Shown here: positions 61,753 to 64,000 of the stretch, in pieces
How positions within the stretch are numbered: the first letter of the stretch is position 1
Layout of the letters: every line of letters starts with the position of its first letter
NCBI GenBank assembly: GCA_963823655.1
Contig: CAWGMK010000013.1
Span: 384,001 to 448,000, forward strand
From: an uncultured Bacillota bacterium
GTDB lineage: Bacteria; Bacillota; DTU025; MWDF01
Length of the DNA: 64,000 nt
Direction: 5' to 3'
Notes under the pieces: model-generated
The model's database searches: none
What the model was told of the DNA's origin: nothing
What the model saw: the letters and a program-made list of their open reading frames with translations, nothing else
Position numbers and translations under genes: made by a program

Positions 61753-61972
61753 AAAGAGCCATGAAAATAAGGATCTCCAAGAGATTCCGTTACTTAAAAG
61801 GTATGCAATAACTCCTGTAACTTTAGATTTGGTGGCTTTTCGGAGGGCTGAGTGGATAGGAGTATTTTGGAATAGGCTATTCATCATGAATGCCTGCAAA
61901 AAGGGTAAGAAGCTTATTTCAATAGTGGCAGCGAATTTGTATTTATTCGTCAGATAGGATGAGAGGAATATT

Positions 61973-62778
61973 ATGATAATGATAACAGGTGAGGCGGACA
62001 GGTCGGATGTGCAGTCATTACGAGCATTAAGCAAATCAGGAATTGAGACAAAGGCTTTTATTCACAGAGCCTCCAGCACGGAAAAGGTAAAAGAAGCTGG
62101 TGCAACAAAATATTCTTCGGTGAATGTCGGAAGATAAAAGATTTGACAGAAGCCCTATGAAGTGGACACCGTGTATGATATTTGTTGCGCAATCAAAGAA
62201 GACGAAATCGGCGGACAGATGATAGAAATTGCCAAGAGATGGGAAAATATATTTCGTTTACCATTCCGTGCTATATACAGGCAGGGCATGCCGCATTATA
62301 AACGAAGTCGCATACGGAACAGTTAGCGGTGGATTCCGCTGGATTTCGTCATTCATCCTGATGTCTTTATGCAGGGCTATGCCGGCTGTGAAATCCGTTC
62401 AGAGCGTGGACCTATGCTTCAAGGTTATTTACCGCGGATAATACGCAGATGAGTCTTGTGGAAATGGAGATTTTGCGAGGCAGTCGCGTAAGGTTAGTAG
62501 AAAAGAATGCGTATGGAACTTTGAATGTGCGGAAAAGAGTAAAAGGAATGGAAGCATTTTTTCTAACGTGGCAGGCAGAGAAGAAAATCTGCATATATTA
62601 CGGATGGGCTTTTATCGAGCAGATGAAAATCGAATTCGCAGCATCAGGCAAAGACTTAATGACTCTGTTCCGCATTACAATGAACATAGCTTCCGCGGAA
62701 ACAGTATTGTATTGTCAGCAGATTTTGGGACGTGAACCACATACATTGCTTCAGTTTGTTAGCAGAAACATGAAGTGA
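61973..62778 (+). pseudogene. Heavily frameshifted NmrA-family NAD(P)-binding protein
   Basis: GAGAGG RBS and ATG 61973. Stitching frames gives MIMITG.GGQVGCAVI.RALSKSGIETKAFIHR, VDTVYDIC, FVYHSVL, GMPHYKR, DVFMQ, HYNEHSFRGNS and QILGREPHTLLQFV, ending at TGA 62778. Confidence 0.7.
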
Positions 62779-63116
62779 TAAAATCCATAATTTACGTCTT
62801 AGGAACAGTTTACATTTTGTAAGTTTAGAGGAACTGGTTACCAGCCCACAGATTAAGGTACACAACCAAGAACAAGAGATGCCAGTCTGATTGGCAATAT
62901 TGGTATTCCAAAGCTTCGGTGAGGCATTTCTTTCCGTCAAGCATACGCCTGTAACTTCCCTTGATATCCCTTGAAAATATTCGTTTTTATGGCGCAGGGG
63001 AAAAACCGTCAATATTGAATTATCAACAGAAATATTCATACTTCTCTATATTTCAACGCTGCAAACCTTCATGCGCAAAACTGGAAACCCGATATGCCAA
63101 GCGAAGGAGTGAGCCC

Positions 63117-64000
63117 ATGGGAAATGTGATAAGCCTCGACTCCAAGAGACATGGAATAATCATTTTGATAGTTCTGCTGCTTTTCGCAGTCCCGTCTCTG
63201 GCAATGCTTTTCCCCACCAGCGTTACACCGGCAAGTGCACCGCCTGATGTCTTCTCTGCTGAGCGCGCTATGATACATCTGTCTGTAATTTCCCAGGAAC
63301 CTCATGCGAAGGGTTCGTCCGCTCAGGCAAAAGTACGGGACTACCTGGTCCGTCAACTGGTCGATAGCGGACTGGAGGCTGAGATACAGCAGATTTCGGA
63401 TTTGAGCAATGTTGTCGGTCGCATTCGCGGCAGCGATTCCACGGGCGCCATCGTAATCCTGGCGCATTATGACACAGCAAGCATAAGTCCCGGCGCAGGT
63501 GACAATGGAAGCGGAGTCGCCGCTCTGGTTGAAATAGCCCGTGCCCTGGCCGTTGGTCCGGTTTTGAAGAATGATGTGATTATCCTTTTTGACGATGGCG
63601 AGGAGGGATCTATCATCTTCGCCGGGACCAAAGCCTTCGTAAGCGGGCACCCATGGATGAAGGATGTACAGGTTGCAATCAGCCTGGATACCGCAGTCGC
63701 AGGCCCGATATCGACCAACGAGGTCGGCCCAAAGAACAATGGTTGGCTGGTGCAAGCCATGTCTAGGGCCTATATCGGCGGCGCATGGACTTCCTTTAGC
63801 GGAGGAGGCCGAATACGACAGCACTGCTTTCAGCGATGCGGGCATTTTAGTGTTGGCACTTGAAGACAATTACCCTTTCCGCCAGAAACATACAGCGGAA
63901 GACACATTGGAGATTATCCGTCCGGCCAGCGTGCAGCAGATGGGCAGTCAGACATTGGCCATAGTGCGAGAGCTAGGAAGCCTGGATTTGACTGATCCGT
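63117..64000 (+). CDS. M28-family metallopeptidase (membrane/ERMP1-like; +1 frameshift near 63810; runs off the window)
   Basis: AAGGAG RBS, TM helix, FSAERA, PH..GS, AHYDT, GAGDNGSG, DGEE; after the shift YDS...HTAEDT...SVQQMG. Confidence 0.85.

Larger units (their letters stand above)
61705..64000. mobile_element. Probable left edge of an island or integrative element inserted in the 3' end of rlmD
   Basis: Composition becomes AT-richer right after ...CATGTTGAGACGGTAGTATTGATGTCAAGG (HVETVVLMSR), followed by accessory-type genes. No integrase lies within the window. Confidence 0.45.

Noticed and set aside
61729-63039. Small ORFs 61729, 61736, 62229, 62412, 62449 and 62656 as independent genes
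   Set aside because: They lack RBSs and motifs; 62229 and 62449 are frame fragments of the NmrA remnant.

Overview
Core-chromosome segment of a moderately GC-rich Bacillota (Firmicutes)-type bacterium, probably anaerobic and non-sporulating. Almost all genes are on the minus strand. From right to left it holds: Rrf2(IscR-like)-iscS-iscU-alaS-ireB-AKR-ruvX-DUF1292-mltG-udk-yqeG; priA-def-fmt-yugP-rsmB; dut-dapB-asd-dapG-dapA-rnj-uppP-ftsK-rodZ-ygiQ-GNAT-GDT1-rimO; a divergent gdhA and BMP nucleoside ABC operon; rlmN-stp-pknB-rsgA-rpe-pncC-ridA-thrC-like; a plus-strand acyltransferase; thpR-recA-recX-rny-hyp-ymdB; and the dcw cluster (mraZ-rsmH-ftsL-PBP-murE-murF-mraY-ftsW-murG, with no murD). 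About 15 single-base indels break mostly essential genes and are almost certainly long-read consensus errors. The only accessory-looking DNA starts at the 3' end of rlmD (about 61.7 kb). It is an AT-richer stretch with a shattered NmrA-family gene missed by the ORF track and an M28 peptidase that runs off the window. I found no CRISPR array, rRNA, tRNA, IS or defence system, and I cannot support a wholly new multi-gene system here. The best leads are: the rlmD-linked island edge; an atypical MurE specificity motif (DNPL) together with the missing murD; three conserved-residue substitutions that all fall in GATTCG (a possible methylation footprint); a structured RNase J leader; and a BMP lacking a lipobox.
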